Assembly (NCBI GenBank): GCA_964346795.1 | Contig: CAYFWD010000001.1 | Location: 4,337-68,336 of the forward strand | Source: an uncultured Bacteroidaceae bacterium | GTDB lineage: Bacteria > Bacteroidota > Bacteroidia > Bacteroidales > P3 | Direction: 5' to 3' | DNA length: 64,000 bases | In this document: positions 48,828 through 58,689 of the stretch, piece after piece | Layout of the letters: every line of letters begins with the position of its first letter | How positions within the stretch are numbered: position 1 is the first letter of the stretch | Made by a program: the position numbers and the translations under genes | Notes under the pieces: model-generated | Database searches by the model: none | Seen by the model: the letters and a program-made list of their open reading frames with translations, nothing else | What the model was told of the DNA's origin: nothing

Positions 48828-49325
48828 TTATCTTAGCCTATCCGACGAACGTACTATCCTTTCATCTTTTCTAATTGCTCTCTGAGCTAAAATAAAAAGA
48901 AGAATCTGTAAAATCGGAAAACTAATAGCTATTTTATTATATGAAACAATTGGTGTGGAATACATTTGAGTTATCCCTTTTTCAATACCATCTATCTTGA
49001 CAAATAAAAGAAATGCCAAGTAAATTGTTAAGAATAATAATCCTCCTGCAACAAACTTAACTTGCAAAGCTCTGTTTTTATATAGGAATATTGAAATAAT
49101 TGCTATTAGAGCAACTCCTATTTGCATAAAAATCAAACTCCAAGCGGGTGTGAGCTGTATAAATTGCTCGCTATCCTCATGTGAAGGTTGTGGTAATAAA
49201 CCATAGTATTGCGTTGTCTGCATTGATTTAACTTCAAAAGTAAAATCAACAATTGGAAAGAAAAAGGTTGCAACTGATAGTAGAACTATAAAAAACAACC
49301 ATAAGGTTTGAATTCTTTGTATCAT
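48828..49325 (-). CDS. DUF4293-like membrane protein
   Basis: 165 aa with an 'MIQRIQTLWLFF' N-terminus and multiple TM segments. The family assignment is from memory. Confidence 0.6.
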   Translation of the reverse strand: MIQRIQTLWLFFIVLLSVATFFFPIVDFTFEVKSMQTTQYYGLLPQPSHEDSEQFIQLTPAWSLIFMQIGVALIAIISIFLYKNRALQVKFVAGGLLFLTIYLAFLLFVKIDGIEKGITQMYSTPIVSYNKIAISFPILQILLFILAQRAIRKDERIVRSSDRLR

Positions 49326-49434
49326 AGTATTATTTTTTTATTTAATTTGCAAAGATATTGTTTTTTCTCCATAATGCAAAAACCCCCTTTAATAAATAAA
49401 AGGGGGTCAAAATTATTATTATGAAAAGTTATTG

Positions 49435-51069
49435 TTAATACATTCCTCCCATGCCTCCCATTCCTGGGGCAGCAGGCATTTGAGGTGTTTCTTCCTTAAT
49501 TTCTGAAAGAACACATTCAGTAGTAAGAATCATACTTGCAATTGATGCAGCATTCTCAAGAGCAACTCTTGAAACCTTTGTTGGGTCAATAACTCCTGAT
49601 TTGTGAAGGTCTTCAAAAACTTCTGTTCTTGCGTTAAAGCCATTATCTCCTTTCAGTTCTTTAACCTTATTTACAATAACGCTTCCTTCCAAACCTGCAT
49701 TTTCAACAATTTGACGAAGAGGCTCTTCTAATGCACGACGAATTATTTGAATACCTGTTTCTTCATCTTCATTCTCTCCTTTTAGTTTGTCTAAGGATTT
49801 TATAGAACGAATATATCCTACTCCACCACCAGGAATAATACCTTCTTCTATTGCAGCTCTTGTTGCATGGAGTGCATCATCAAAACGGTCTTTCTTTTCT
49901 TTCATCTCAACTTCTGAAGCTGCTCCAACATAAATTACTGCAACTCCTCCTGCCAATTTTGCAAGACGTTCTTGAAGTTTTTCTCTATCATAATCAGAAG
50001 TTGTTTTTTCAATTTGAGATTTTATTTGATTAACTCTTGTTTCAATTAATGCTTTTTCTCCTTTACCAGAAACAATTGTAGTATTGTCCTTATCTATGGT
50101 TATCTTATCAGCAGAACCTAACATTTCCAAGCTCGCATCTTCCAATTTATATCCTTTTTCTTCTGAAATCACAACACCACCTGTAAGTATAGCAATATCT
50201 TCAAGCATTTCTTTTCTTCTATCACCAAAACCTGGAGCCTTAACAGCTACAATTTTCAAGTTAGCTCTCAAGCGGTTTACTATTAAAGTTGCTATAGCTT
50301 CTCCGTCCAAGTCTTCAGCAATAATCAAAAGAGGACGACCAGTTTGAACAACCTTTTCTAAGATAGGAAGGAATTCCTTCATGTTAGAAATCTTCTTATC
50401 GTAAATCAAAATAAATGGGTCTTCATAAACAACTTCCATTTTTTCTGTATCCGTTACAAAATAAGGAGAAAGATAACCCCTATCAAACTGCATTCCCTCA
50501 ACAACCTTTACCTCTGTTTCAACTCCCTTTGCTTCTTCAATAGTAATTACTCCTTCTTTCTTCACTCTTTCCATTGCCTCTGCAATCTTCTTTCCAATAA
50601 GTGGGTCGTTATTTACAGACCCAGTACAACCTTGTTCTCTTTTTTCCTTATCATTGCCTATTGTTCTTGATTGCTTTTGAAGGTCTTTAATTACTGTTTC
50701 AACTGCTTTATCAATACCACGTTTTAAATCCATTGGGTTAGCACCAGCAGTAACATTTTTTATACCTGCATTAACTATTGCTTGAGCCAAAACAGTTGCA
50801 GTAGTAGTTCCATCTCCTGCTTGGTCAGCAGTTTTGGCAGAAACCTCTTTTACTAATTGAGCTCCCATATTTTGAACAGGGTCCTTTATCTCAATCTCTT
50901 TTGCAACAGTTACTCCGTCTTTTGTTATTTGTGGAGCACCAAACTTTTTATCAATTAAAACATTTCTTCCCTTTGGTCCTAAAGTAACTTTTACTGCATT
51001 TGCCAAAGCATCAACACCCAAACGCAATTGTTCACGTGCTTCTATATTATATAAAATATCTTTTGCCAT
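49435..51069 (-). CDS. groL: Chaperonin GroEL
   Basis: 544 aa with '[12 protein letters not shown]' and the C-terminal 'GMGGMGGMY'. It lies downstream of groES. Confidence 0.97.
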   Translation of the reverse strand: MAKDILYNIEAREQLRLGVDALANAVKVTLGPKGRNVLIDKKFGAPQITKDGVTVAKEIEIKDPVQNMGAQLVKEVSAKTADQAGDGTTTATVLAQAIVNAGIKNVTAGANPMDLKRGIDKAVETVIKDLQKQSRTIGNDKEKREQGCTGSVNNDPLIGKKIAEAMERVKKEGVITIEEAKGVETEVKVVEGMQFDRGYLSPYFVTDTEKMEVVYEDPFILIYDKKISNMKEFLPILEKVVQTGRPLLIIAEDLDGEAIATLIVNRLRANLKIVAVKAPGFGDRRKEMLEDIAILTGGVVISEEKGYKLEDASLEMLGSADKITIDKDNTTIVSGKGEKALIETRVNQIKSQIEKTTSDYDREKLQERLAKLAGGVAVIYVGAASEVEMKEKKDRFDDALHATRAAIEEGIIPGGGVGYIRSIKSLDKLKGENEDEETGIQIIRRALEEPLRQIVENAGLEGSVIVNKVKELKGDNGFNARTEVFEDLHKSGVIDPTKVSRVALENAASIASMILTTECVLSEIKEETPQMPAAPGMGGMGGMY

Positions 51070-51105
51070 TTTTCTTATTCTTTTTTTGTTTAATACTAAT
51101 CTCTA

Positions 51106-51387
51106 TTATTTAATAATTGCATAAATATCGCTTTCTCTCATAATCAAATACTCTTGTCCATCAACATTAATTTCTGTCCCAGAATATTTGCCATATAATA
51201 CCTTATCCCCAACCTTCACTGTCATTGGTTCATCTTTCTTTCCTGAGCCTGCTGCAACAACTTCTCCCTTCATTGGTTTTTCTTTTGCAGTGTCAGGTAT
51301 AATAATTCCTGCTGCTGTCTTAGTTTCAGCTTCTGCTGGCTTAATAAGTACCCTGTCAGCTAAGGGTTTTACATTAATCTTTGTCAT
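51106..51387 (-). CDS. groS: Co-chaperonin GroES
   Basis: 93 aa with '[11 protein letters not shown]' and the mobile loop '[15 protein letters not shown]'. Confidence 0.96.
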   Translation of the reverse strand: MTKINVKPLADRVLIKPAEAETKTAAGIIIPDTAKEKPMKGEVVAAGSGKKDEPMTVKVGDKVLYGKYSGTEINVDGQEYLIMRESDIYAIIK

Positions 51388-51591
51388 AATTCTCTTTTAT
51401 TTTTTTAGTTATTTATTTATAGATTTTTTTCTTAACCATTACAATCCTTATATATTAAATATTGTGCCAAAATATTTAATTTACGCTTTTATGACAAAAA
51501 GTCAGTAATATGATATTTATAAAATGAAAAAAGAGCCATCAATTAAGACAGCTCTTTAAAAACCAAATTATGAAAAAATAAATTATTAAAT

Positions 51592-51927
51592 CTATTGTTT
51601 TATCGGTGCGGGTGCTGTTGGAGCAGCTGGTCCCTTAGGTGCAGGCATTGTTGTATTAACTGCATTAGGGTTAAGTTCTGTTCCTTGTGTTTGATTAACA
51701 TGTCTTCCTGGTCTAAAAACAGTAGCTGCCAAACAAAGTACAAGTAAAACAATTGCCAATGTCCAAGAAGCTTTTTCTAAAAAGTCAGCAGTTTTTCTAA
51801 CTCCCATAATTTGACTTTGAGCTTGAAAATTAGCAGCCAATCCACCGCCTTTACTATTTTGAACAAGCACTACCAAAGCCAACAATACGCATACAACTAA
51901 TATTAATACTGAAATAAATACAAACAT
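51592..51927 (-). CDS. secG: Preprotein translocase subunit SecG
   Basis: 111 aa with 'LVVLVQNSKGGGLAA', the SecG signature, and a Pro/Ala-rich tail. Confidence 0.85.
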   Translation of the reverse strand: MFVFISVLILVVCVLLALVVLVQNSKGGGLAANFQAQSQIMGVRKTADFLEKASWTLAIVLLVLCLAATVFRPGRHVNQTQGTELNPNAVNTTMPAPKGPAAPTAPAPIKQ

Positions 51928-51946
51928 AATGTCCTTATCTTTTTAT

Positions 51947-52645
51947 CTAATTATTTTCTATTTTTTGAATTTGAGCTGCAAAGTAACTACTTTTTTCTGG
52001 ATTAGCCAAAATTAATTTATTATAAATTTTAATAGCCTTATCTTTATGCCCTTGTTTTAAATAGATTTGAGCCATTGTTTCAGTAACAATTTCAAATTCA
52101 TCTTCAGCACTTTTCTTTACAACATCATTAATACTAATATCTTCACTTTCCTGCTCAATATCCTTATTATTTCCCAACTTATTCACCTTTGGATTTTCAA
52201 CCTGCAAAAATCTTTCAATCAACTCCTCCTTAGTAGGTGCTTCCGAAAGATTAGGCTCTGCATAGGAGTCTATTTCCTTAATAATGTCAGGTGTTGAATC
52301 TTTTTCCTTTTGTGAAGGAGTTGTGCCATAAATCTTTTTTAATTGCTCTATTCTTTCGTTAATCTTATCCATATCAGTTTTTGGAGACTCCTCTGCAGTA
52401 AACTGAAAAGCAACATTAGTCTCCATAAACTCCTTCAGTCTTGCCCTGTCGGGAGAATAAGTTGAAGCTAAAGAAAGGCATTCATTAGGGTTTTGACTAA
52501 GTAGTTTTGCACATTTAGCATAATAGTAATATGGTAATGCAAAGAAAGGATATTTCTCAATAGTTCTTTTCAATATATATAGAACTTGACCATTAAATTC
52601 TTCATCATTTAACTGCAATAAATTATTAATAAAAGTTCTATCCAT
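51947..52645 (-). CDS. Hypothetical protein with a TPR-like C-terminal helix pair
   Basis: 232 aa. 'ETMAQIYLKQGHKDKAIKIYNKLILANPEKSSYFAAQI' is TPR-like. The rest is unrecognised. Confidence 0.45.
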   Translation of the reverse strand: MDRTFINNLLQLNDEEFNGQVLYILKRTIEKYPFFALPYYYYAKCAKLLSQNPNECLSLASTYSPDRARLKEFMETNVAFQFTAEESPKTDMDKINERIEQLKKIYGTTPSQKEKDSTPDIIKEIDSYAEPNLSEAPTKEELIERFLQVENPKVNKLGNNKDIEQESEDISINDVVKKSAEDEFEIVTETMAQIYLKQGHKDKAIKIYNKLILANPEKSSYFAAQIQKIENN

Positions 52646-52854
52646 ATCAATTAATAGCGTTTCTTTCCCTTATTTTTCTCTTAAGTTTGAGTTTGCAAAT
52701 ATAAATTAATCTTTTGAAATGATAAAAAAAAGAAAGAAAATAAGGACTTAATAAAGTCAATCAACAAGTAGAAACAAAGATTTTCTCCATATAGTTAAAT
52801 TTACAAACAAATTAAACTTAGTTTTATTTTAGCATAATACCATTATATAAAAAT

Positions 52855-53095
52855 CAAAACGAAGTTTGGACGGACTTAAAACGAAGTTATCACGACCTTA
52901 AATCTTCGTTTTTACGAGGTCGAAATGCCATTTCATCTTGACGAGATGGCATTTCGTTATATATGAGATGCCATTTCATGACAACGAAATGCCATTTCGA
53001 CTTCACTAAGTCTTCGTTTTAGTGTCGTTCAAACTTCGTTTTAAGGTCATAAAATCTTAGTTTTTGAATTGTAATTACTTCGTTTTATGAGTTGA
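52855..53095. repeat. Nested palindromic repeat cluster: AAAACGAAGTT-type words in both orientations, flanking four phased AAATG(C/G)CATTT palindromes
   Basis: The outer arms at 52857-52887 and 53017-53047 are reverse complements with few mismatches. The 11-bp palindromes sit at about 52923, 52945, 52966 and 52986. Confidence 0.8.
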
Positions 53096-53243
53096 AAACC
53101 TTGTTTGGTTATGTGCAAAATTTACTTTATTAGTTGTAAATCTTTTTTATTAGTTTTCTAATCTCACAATATAAGGCTAAAGTATTTAAGGAGATTTTAC
53201 CTATTTTAGGTTGAAAAAATTAGGCTAATTATATATTTATATT

Positions 53244-53251
53244 TATTTTTG
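53244..53251 (+). promoter_or_regulatory. -7 box (TATTTTTG) immediately upstream of ispE
   Basis: Exact TAnnTTTG match ending 5 nt before the ATG. This implies a very short or absent leader. Confidence 0.35.
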
Positions 53252-53255
53252 CCCT

Positions 53256-54086
53256 ATGATTTACTTCCCTAATTGTAAAATAAATATCGGACTTAATGTT
53301 GTGGAAAAACGAGGTGATGGCTTCCACAATATTGAGACTATACTATATCCTGTTGAAATAAATGATATTTTGGAAATAAGACCCAAAGCCAATGGAAAAA
53401 CCTCTATAAGCGTTAGTGGTATTCCTTTTGAGAATGGGGCATCGGCTGATAACTTATGTGTTAAGGCTTATAATTTACTAAAAAAAGACTATCCCAATAT
53501 GCCTGAGGTGGAGATTGCTCTGCATAAGGTTATCCCTTTACAAGCTGGCTTGGGAGGAGGTAGCAGTGATGCAGCTTACACTTTGCAACTCCTTAACTAC
53601 CTTTTTGAACTCAATCTTTCTTTGGTCCAATTGGATGCTTATGCTAAAAAACTTGGGTCGGACTGTGCATTCTTTATATATAATGTACCTGCTTTTGCCT
53701 TTGAGAAAGGCGATATGTTAGCTCCAACAACTCTTTCCCTTAGGGGAAAAACTATTCTTATTATTAAGCCTGACATAGGTATTAGCACTGCGGAGGCTTA
53801 TGCTGGAATTGTTCCAAAGAGGAATGAGTATGATTTATTAAATGTTGTAGAGTCTCGTCCTATTCATAGCTGGAAACATTTAATCAAGAATGACTTTGAG
53901 CAACATCTCTTTAAGAAACACACAGAGCTTAGAGTGATTAAGGATAAGCTTTATGACATTGGGGCTTTATATGCTCAAATGAGTGGGTCTGGCTCTACCA
54001 TTTATGGAATATTTGACAAGGATTTGACGGAGGATGAAATAAAAACTTTCAATTATGCGTTTGTTTGTTATAAAGGATTAAAATAA
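53256..54086 (+). CDS. ispE: 4-diphosphocytidyl-2-C-methyl-D-erythritol kinase
   Basis: 276 aa with 'KINIGLNVVEKRGDGFHNIETI' and the GHMP ATP motif 'AGLGGGSSDAA'. Confidence 0.9.
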   Translation: MIYFPNCKINIGLNVVEKRGDGFHNIETILYPVEINDILEIRPKANGKTSISVSGIPFENGASADNLCVKAYNLLKKDYPNMPEVEIALHKVIPLQAGLGGGSSDAAYTLQLLNYLFELNLSLVQLDAYAKKLGSDCAFFIYNVPAFAFEKGDMLAPTTLSLRGKTILIIKPDIGISTAEAYAGIVPKRNEYDLLNVVESRPIHSWKHLIKNDFEQHLFKKHTELRVIKDKLYDIGALYAQMSGSGSTIYGIFDKDLTEDEIKTFNYAFVCYKGLK

Positions 54087-54124
54087 TTGAAATAACATTA
54101 ATATTAACAAAATAATTTATTAAG

Positions 54125-55579
54125 ATGAGTGAGATAAAGACATTAGAACCTAAAGGGTTGTGGAATAACTTTGATATGATTTGTTCTGTACCGCACCCTT
54201 CAAAGAAAGAAAGTAAGCTTGTAGAAGCATTGGTTGATTTTGCAAAGAAACATAATTTGGAATACCTTGTTGATAAGGTGGGAAACATTATCATTCGCAA
54301 GCCTGCAAGCAAGGGAATGGAAGACAGAAAAGGTGTTGTTCTTCAAGCACATATTGATATGGTGCCTCAAAAGAATGCTGACACTAAGCACGATTTTGAA
54401 AAAGACCCTATCCTTCCTTGGATTGACAATGGCTGGGTTAGAGCAAAGGGTACAACACTTGGAGCTGACAATGGAATTGGAGTTGCTGCAATATTGGCAG
54501 TTTTGGAAGATAAAGATGCAGTACACGGACCAATAGAAGCACTTCTTACTATTGACGAAGAGACTGGAATGACAGGAGCTTTTGGATTGGAAGCAGGAGT
54601 CTTGAAAGGGGATATTCTTTTGAATCTTGACTCCGAAACAGAAGGAGAGCTTTATGTTGGATGTGCAGGAGGAATTGATGGTACCTTTGTTTTTGATTAT
54701 AAGAAAGAAAACACACCTGTTGGCTTGTCAGCCTTTGCACTAAACGTTACTGGACTAAAGGGAGGACATAGTGGAATGGATATTATTTTGGGAAGAGCCA
54801 ATGCTAACAAAGTTCTTTTCAGATTATTTAAGGCTTTAGAGAAAGTTAATATCCGTATTTCTGAAATCAACGGAGGTAGCCTTCGCAATGCAATACCTCG
54901 TGAAGCATTCTCAATAGTTGCTATCCCAACCGACAAAGTTGCAGAGGCAAAAGCAATAGTTGAACAAGTAACAAAAGAAGTTAAAAACGAATATTCATTG
55001 GTTGAGCCTTCATTAGAGATTGCTTTCAATGCAACATCTCTTCTTCCAAACGTAATAGATTTAGATACTCAATCAAGATTAATCAATGCTATTTACGCTT
55101 GTCCAAACGGAGTTATGAGAATGAGTGATTCTATGGAAAACCTTACCGAAACCTCAACAAACTTAGCAATAGTTAAGAGTAATGACAATACAATTAGTAT
55201 TAGCTGTTTGTTAAGAAGCAGTGTTGATAGTGCAAAGATGGATTTGGCACAAATGATGCTTTCTGTTTTCACACTTGCTGGAGCTAAATCTGAATTTACT
55301 GGAGCTTACCCTGGTTGGAAACCTAATATGGAATCACCTATACTTAAGAGTATGCAAGAGACATATAAGAATTTATATGGTAACACTCCAAAGATAATGG
55401 CTATACATGCAGGATTGGAATGTGGACTTTTGGGAGGAGTTTATCCTAACTGGGATATGATTTCCTTTGGACCAACAATTATGAACCCACACTCTCCTGA
55501 CGAAAGAGTGAATATTGATTCTGTAAAGAAATTCTGGGATTACCTACTTGCAACATTAAAAAACACCCCTAAGAAGTAG
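54125..55579 (+). CDS. pepD: Aminoacyl-histidine dipeptidase (M20C, PepD-like)
   Basis: 484 aa with 'LEPKGLWNNFDMICSVPHPSKKE', 'QAHIDMV', 'GADNGIG' and 'IDEETGMTGA', which is the PepD pattern. Confidence 0.9.
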   Translation: MSEIKTLEPKGLWNNFDMICSVPHPSKKESKLVEALVDFAKKHNLEYLVDKVGNIIIRKPASKGMEDRKGVVLQAHIDMVPQKNADTKHDFEKDPILPWIDNGWVRAKGTTLGADNGIGVAAILAVLEDKDAVHGPIEALLTIDEETGMTGAFGLEAGVLKGDILLNLDSETEGELYVGCAGGIDGTFVFDYKKENTPVGLSAFALNVTGLKGGHSGMDIILGRANANKVLFRLFKALEKVNIRISEINGGSLRNAIPREAFSIVAIPTDKVAEAKAIVEQVTKEVKNEYSLVEPSLEIAFNATSLLPNVIDLDTQSRLINAIYACPNGVMRMSDSMENLTETSTNLAIVKSNDNTISISCLLRSSVDSAKMDLAQMMLSVFTLAGAKSEFTGAYPGWKPNMESPILKSMQETYKNLYGNTPKIMAIHAGLECGLLGGVYPNWDMISFGPTIMNPHSPDERVNIDSVKKFWDYLLATLKNTPKK

Positions 55580-55591
55580 TTTTTTGTCAGA

Positions 55592-58450
55592 ATGACTTTA
55601 TATAGAAAAAGAAAAACAAATATACTACAAAGCCAAAGACCTTTGAGTCTTTGGCTTTTGGTTTTTGTATTCTTTTTTCTTGGTCTTACTAGCCTTCAAG
55701 CTCAGTATTATAACTCTGGAGTTGATAATAGTTCCATTCAGTGGCGACAAATCAACACTCCAAAGTTTCAAATTGTGTATCCTGATTTCTACGAAACAAA
55801 AGCACAAAAATTTGCCTCCGTTCTTGATACACTTTATGGAGTAATAGGAACAAGCCTTAAAACAACACCTCCCAAAGTTCCTTTTTTACTACATACCAAT
55901 ACAGCATATTATAATGGTTTATCGGTATGGGCACCTAAAAGAATTGAACTTTGGACTACAACTCCTCCAACAAACTACCCATACCCATGGTCTTGGCAAT
56001 TGGCAATTCACGAGTGGCGTCATGCTGTTCAAGTCTATGCTCTAAAACAAGGAGCTTCCAAAGCATTAATAAATATATTTGGAGAACATATATATGGTAT
56101 TTTGGTTGCTGCTTATATCCCTACATGGTTTTTAGAGGGTGATGCTGTTGTTGCCGAAACGGCTCTTTCCCCTTCTGGAAGAGGAAAAACACCTGACTTT
56201 AATATGTATTTCAAAGCACAAGTTCTGGAAAAGGGAAGATATAGCTATGATAAAGCTCTTTTAGGCTCAATGAAAGATTATGTTCCCGATAGTTATAATT
56301 TTGGTTATCATCTTGCCTCCTTTGGAAGAGAAATATATGGTAAAGACATTTGGGCTTATATGTTAGAAAATGTTGGAAGGAATTTTTGGAAGATACAAAC
56401 CTTTGGGAAGTCTGAAAAAAGAGGAATAAATATCAAGACCCAAGAGCTTTATAACCAAATGATGGATACACTTTCAAAGAGATGGGAAGAAGAAGAAAGT
56501 GAAAAAAATGCAAGTACTTATCCCCTAAACTCAACAAAGAGTATTAGCAAAAAGAAAAAATACTATACCAATTACTCTTCTCCAAAACAGATAAACGATA
56601 GTACCGTAGTAGCTATAAAGACTTCTAATTTTAATCCTCCAAAACTCGTTTCCATTACTAAAGATAAAGAAGAAAACATCTTTTCTCTTGGCAGAATACT
56701 TCATTCATATATAGATGCAAGGGATAATCATTTGCTTTGGTCTGAACTTAAATCACATTATCGTTGGGAGCATGAAAATTATTCTGATATTTTTGAATAT
56801 GATATTCAAACCGATACTTATAAACAAATAACCTTTAAGAAGAGATATTATACTCCTGCATATAATCCCAATAACTTAAATATTATTGTTGCCATTGAAG
56901 ACGATTCTATAAATAATCAGCACCTTGTTATTATTGACAAAACCAATGGAGAGATTATTAAGAAGTTTTTTAATAAAGAAGGGTATTCAAAGTTTTCCTA
57001 TCCTTCATGGAGCATTGACAATTCAGAAATATATCTTATCAAGTCTAACCAATACGGAAAGTCTATTATCAAGTATAATATATATGATGAGAAGCAAAGC
57101 TTAATAATGCCTCCTTCTTTTCGTAATATATCCAAACCTTTGCCTTATAAGGACAGGTTATTTTTTATTGGAGATTATGATAATACCTATCAGGTTTATT
57201 CAATTGACTTAAAAAACCCTTCTTCCCTTACACAACATACTCAATCTCGCTTTGGAGTTATGGACTTTATTATCTTTAATGACAGCTTGCTTCTTAGTGA
57301 GTATAGTGCTGATGGAAGAGAAATAACTCTTCAAAATATTATTAATATCAAAACTACTTCCCAAAATCCTAACCCAATATCCTTTCCTCAAGCAGAGATT
57401 ATTACTAATCAAGAAGGCTTTATTCTTAGAGAAGAAATTATTAAAGACACTCTTTGGAAAAGTCAAAAATATAATAAGATTGATAACCTTCTTAAGTTTC
57501 ATAGCTGGGCTCCCTTATATATTAATGTACAAAGTCAGGATATTAACTTAGGGGTATCGGCTTTTTCACAGAACCTTCTTGGAACATCTGTCTTTGAAGG
57601 GGGATATAAATATCTTTTCTCCGAGAAGAGAAATGAATATTATATTAACTACACTTACAGCGGTTGGCTGCCGATAATTAACTTGGATTTTAAGTTTGGA
57701 CAGAGAGATATTGTTATTGAAACGAATAATAATATCAACACCTATTCCTCTTGGGAGGAGTATAAAACTGGATTAAGTATTGACTTGCCATATAGTTGGA
57801 CAGATAAGAACTGGTTTAAGTCAGCCAAATACTCTTTCTTCTATTCGTTTAGAAGCCTTATCCCAAGAGATAACTCTGAAGATTTTCTGACTCTATTTCA
57901 CACGGCTGGATTAGGTTTAAGCTGGAGTGCAATTAGAGCAATGGCAGCAAACGATATAGCACCTCAACTTGGGCAAACCTTTAGGCTTAAAGTACAGAAA
58001 TCTCTCACATCAGACAATGCAAATATTATAGCTATAAATTCTTCAACCTATATTCCTTCCCTATTTAATAATCATAGCTTTCAAATAGATTTTGGATTTC
58101 AAAAGAATACTCCTATCATTTATTATTTTCCTAATGAAATTGCTTTTACTTCTGGTATAATGGGACGTTTCCCTGAAATATACTATGGGGGAAAATTTAG
58201 CTACCATTTGCCATTGGCATATCCTGATTATGCTATTGGAAGATTGCTTTATATTAAAAGGGTATTCTCACGTGGTTTCTTTGATTTTGGGTATTTTGAT
58301 AAGGAATACCTAAGCAGTATTGGATTAGATTTGAATATGGATTTTCATATTTTTAGAATTGAGCAGGAGTTGCGTTTTGGTATTCGATTCGGCTATATCC
58401 CACAACTAAATGACTATTTCGCCAATATTCTTTTCAATATTAATATTTAG
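55592..58450 (+). CDS. Large secreted or outer-membrane protein of unknown function with an N-terminal HExxH-like motif (HEWRH)
   Basis: 952 aa with a signal peptide ending 'SLQAQ' and 'WQLAIHEWRHAVQ'. The long Tyr/Asn/Ser-rich remainder has an alternating beta-like C-terminal third ending in an aromatic residue ('ANILFNINI'). Confidence 0.55.
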   Translation: MTLYRKRKTNILQSQRPLSLWLLVFVFFFLGLTSLQAQYYNSGVDNSSIQWRQINTPKFQIVYPDFYETKAQKFASVLDTLYGVIGTSLKTTPPKVPFLLHTNTAYYNGLSVWAPKRIELWTTTPPTNYPYPWSWQLAIHEWRHAVQVYALKQGASKALINIFGEHIYGILVAAYIPTWFLEGDAVVAETALSPSGRGKTPDFNMYFKAQVLEKGRYSYDKALLGSMKDYVPDSYNFGYHLASFGREIYGKDIWAYMLENVGRNFWKIQTFGKSEKRGINIKTQELYNQMMDTLSKRWEEEESEKNASTYPLNSTKSISKKKKYYTNYSSPKQINDSTVVAIKTSNFNPPKLVSITKDKEENIFSLGRILHSYIDARDNHLLWSELKSHYRWEHENYSDIFEYDIQTDTYKQITFKKRYYTPAYNPNNLNIIVAIEDDSINNQHLVIIDKTNGEIIKKFFNKEGYSKFSYPSWSIDNSEIYLIKSNQYGKSIIKYNIYDEKQSLIMPPSFRNISKPLPYKDRLFFIGDYDNTYQVYSIDLKNPSSLTQHTQSRFGVMDFIIFNDSLLLSEYSADGREITLQNIINIKTTSQNPNPISFPQAEIITNQEGFILREEIIKDTLWKSQKYNKIDNLLKFHSWAPLYINVQSQDINLGVSAFSQNLLGTSVFEGGYKYLFSEKRNEYYINYTYSGWLPIINLDFKFGQRDIVIETNNNINTYSSWEEYKTGLSIDLPYSWTDKNWFKSAKYSFFYSFRSLIPRDNSEDFLTLFHTAGLGLSWSAIRAMAANDIAPQLGQTFRLKVQKSLTSDNANIIAINSSTYIPSLFNNHSFQIDFGFQKNTPIIYYFPNEIAFTSGIMGRFPEIYYGGKFSYHLPLAYPDYAIGRLLYIKRVFSRGFFDFGYFDKEYLSSIGLDLNMDFHIFRIEQELRFGIRFGYIPQLNDYFANILFNINI

Positions 58451-58452
58451 AT

Positions 58453-58495
58453 AAAAAAAGACGCAAAGTATGTATTTCAATTCTTTGCGTCTTTA
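58453..58495. terminator. Bidirectional hairpin terminator between the 952-aa gene and tRNA-Leu
   Basis: 10-bp stem AGACGCAAAG (58459-58468) / CTTTGCGTCT (58483-58492). An A7 run precedes it, which reads as T7 on the minus strand. Confidence 0.75.
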
Positions 58496-58501
58496 ACTCT
58501 G

Positions 58502-58586
58502 TACTCCGGGCGGGACTTGAACCCGCACGAGCGCAATGCTCACAGGATTTTAAGTCCTGCGTGTCTACCAGTTCCACCACCAGAGC
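58502..58586 (-). tRNA. tRNA-Leu (anticodon UAA), class II with a long variable arm
   Basis: Anticodon stem-loop CAGGA-CTTAAAA-TCCTG, a 16-nt variable arm and T-arm GCGGG-TTCAAGT-CCCGC. The acceptor stem has two G-U pairs, so the end coordinates are +/- 1 nt. Confidence 0.82.
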
Positions 58587-58602
58587 ATTTCCATAAAGGA
58601 TG

Positions 58603-58675
58603 AGCGGAAAACGAGACTCGAACTCGCGACCCCAACCTTGGCAAGGTTGTGCTCTACCAACTGAGCTATTTCCGC
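58603..58675 (-). tRNA. tRNA-Gly (anticodon GCC)
   Basis: Cloverleaf: GCGGAAA / GCTC..GAGC / CAACC-TTGCCAA-GGTTG / GCGAG-TTCGAGT-CTCGT / TTTCCGC-T. Confidence 0.9.
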
Positions 58676-58689
58676 TTGTTTTGAGGGTG

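Noticed and set aside
49435-51069. Possible frameshift or pseudogenisation of groEL at the odd GCTGSVN segment
   Set aside because: The ORF is full length, with conserved sequence on both sides and the normal GGM tail. No alternative frame restores the consensus, so it is kept as an intact gene and listed only as a low-interest oddity.
51455-51480. Sigma-54 promoter (TGGCAC-N5-TTGC) upstream of groES
   Set aside because: The minus strand reads TGGCACAATATTTAA. The -24 GG element is present, but the -12 element is TT(A)A rather than (T)TGC, so it fails the consensus.
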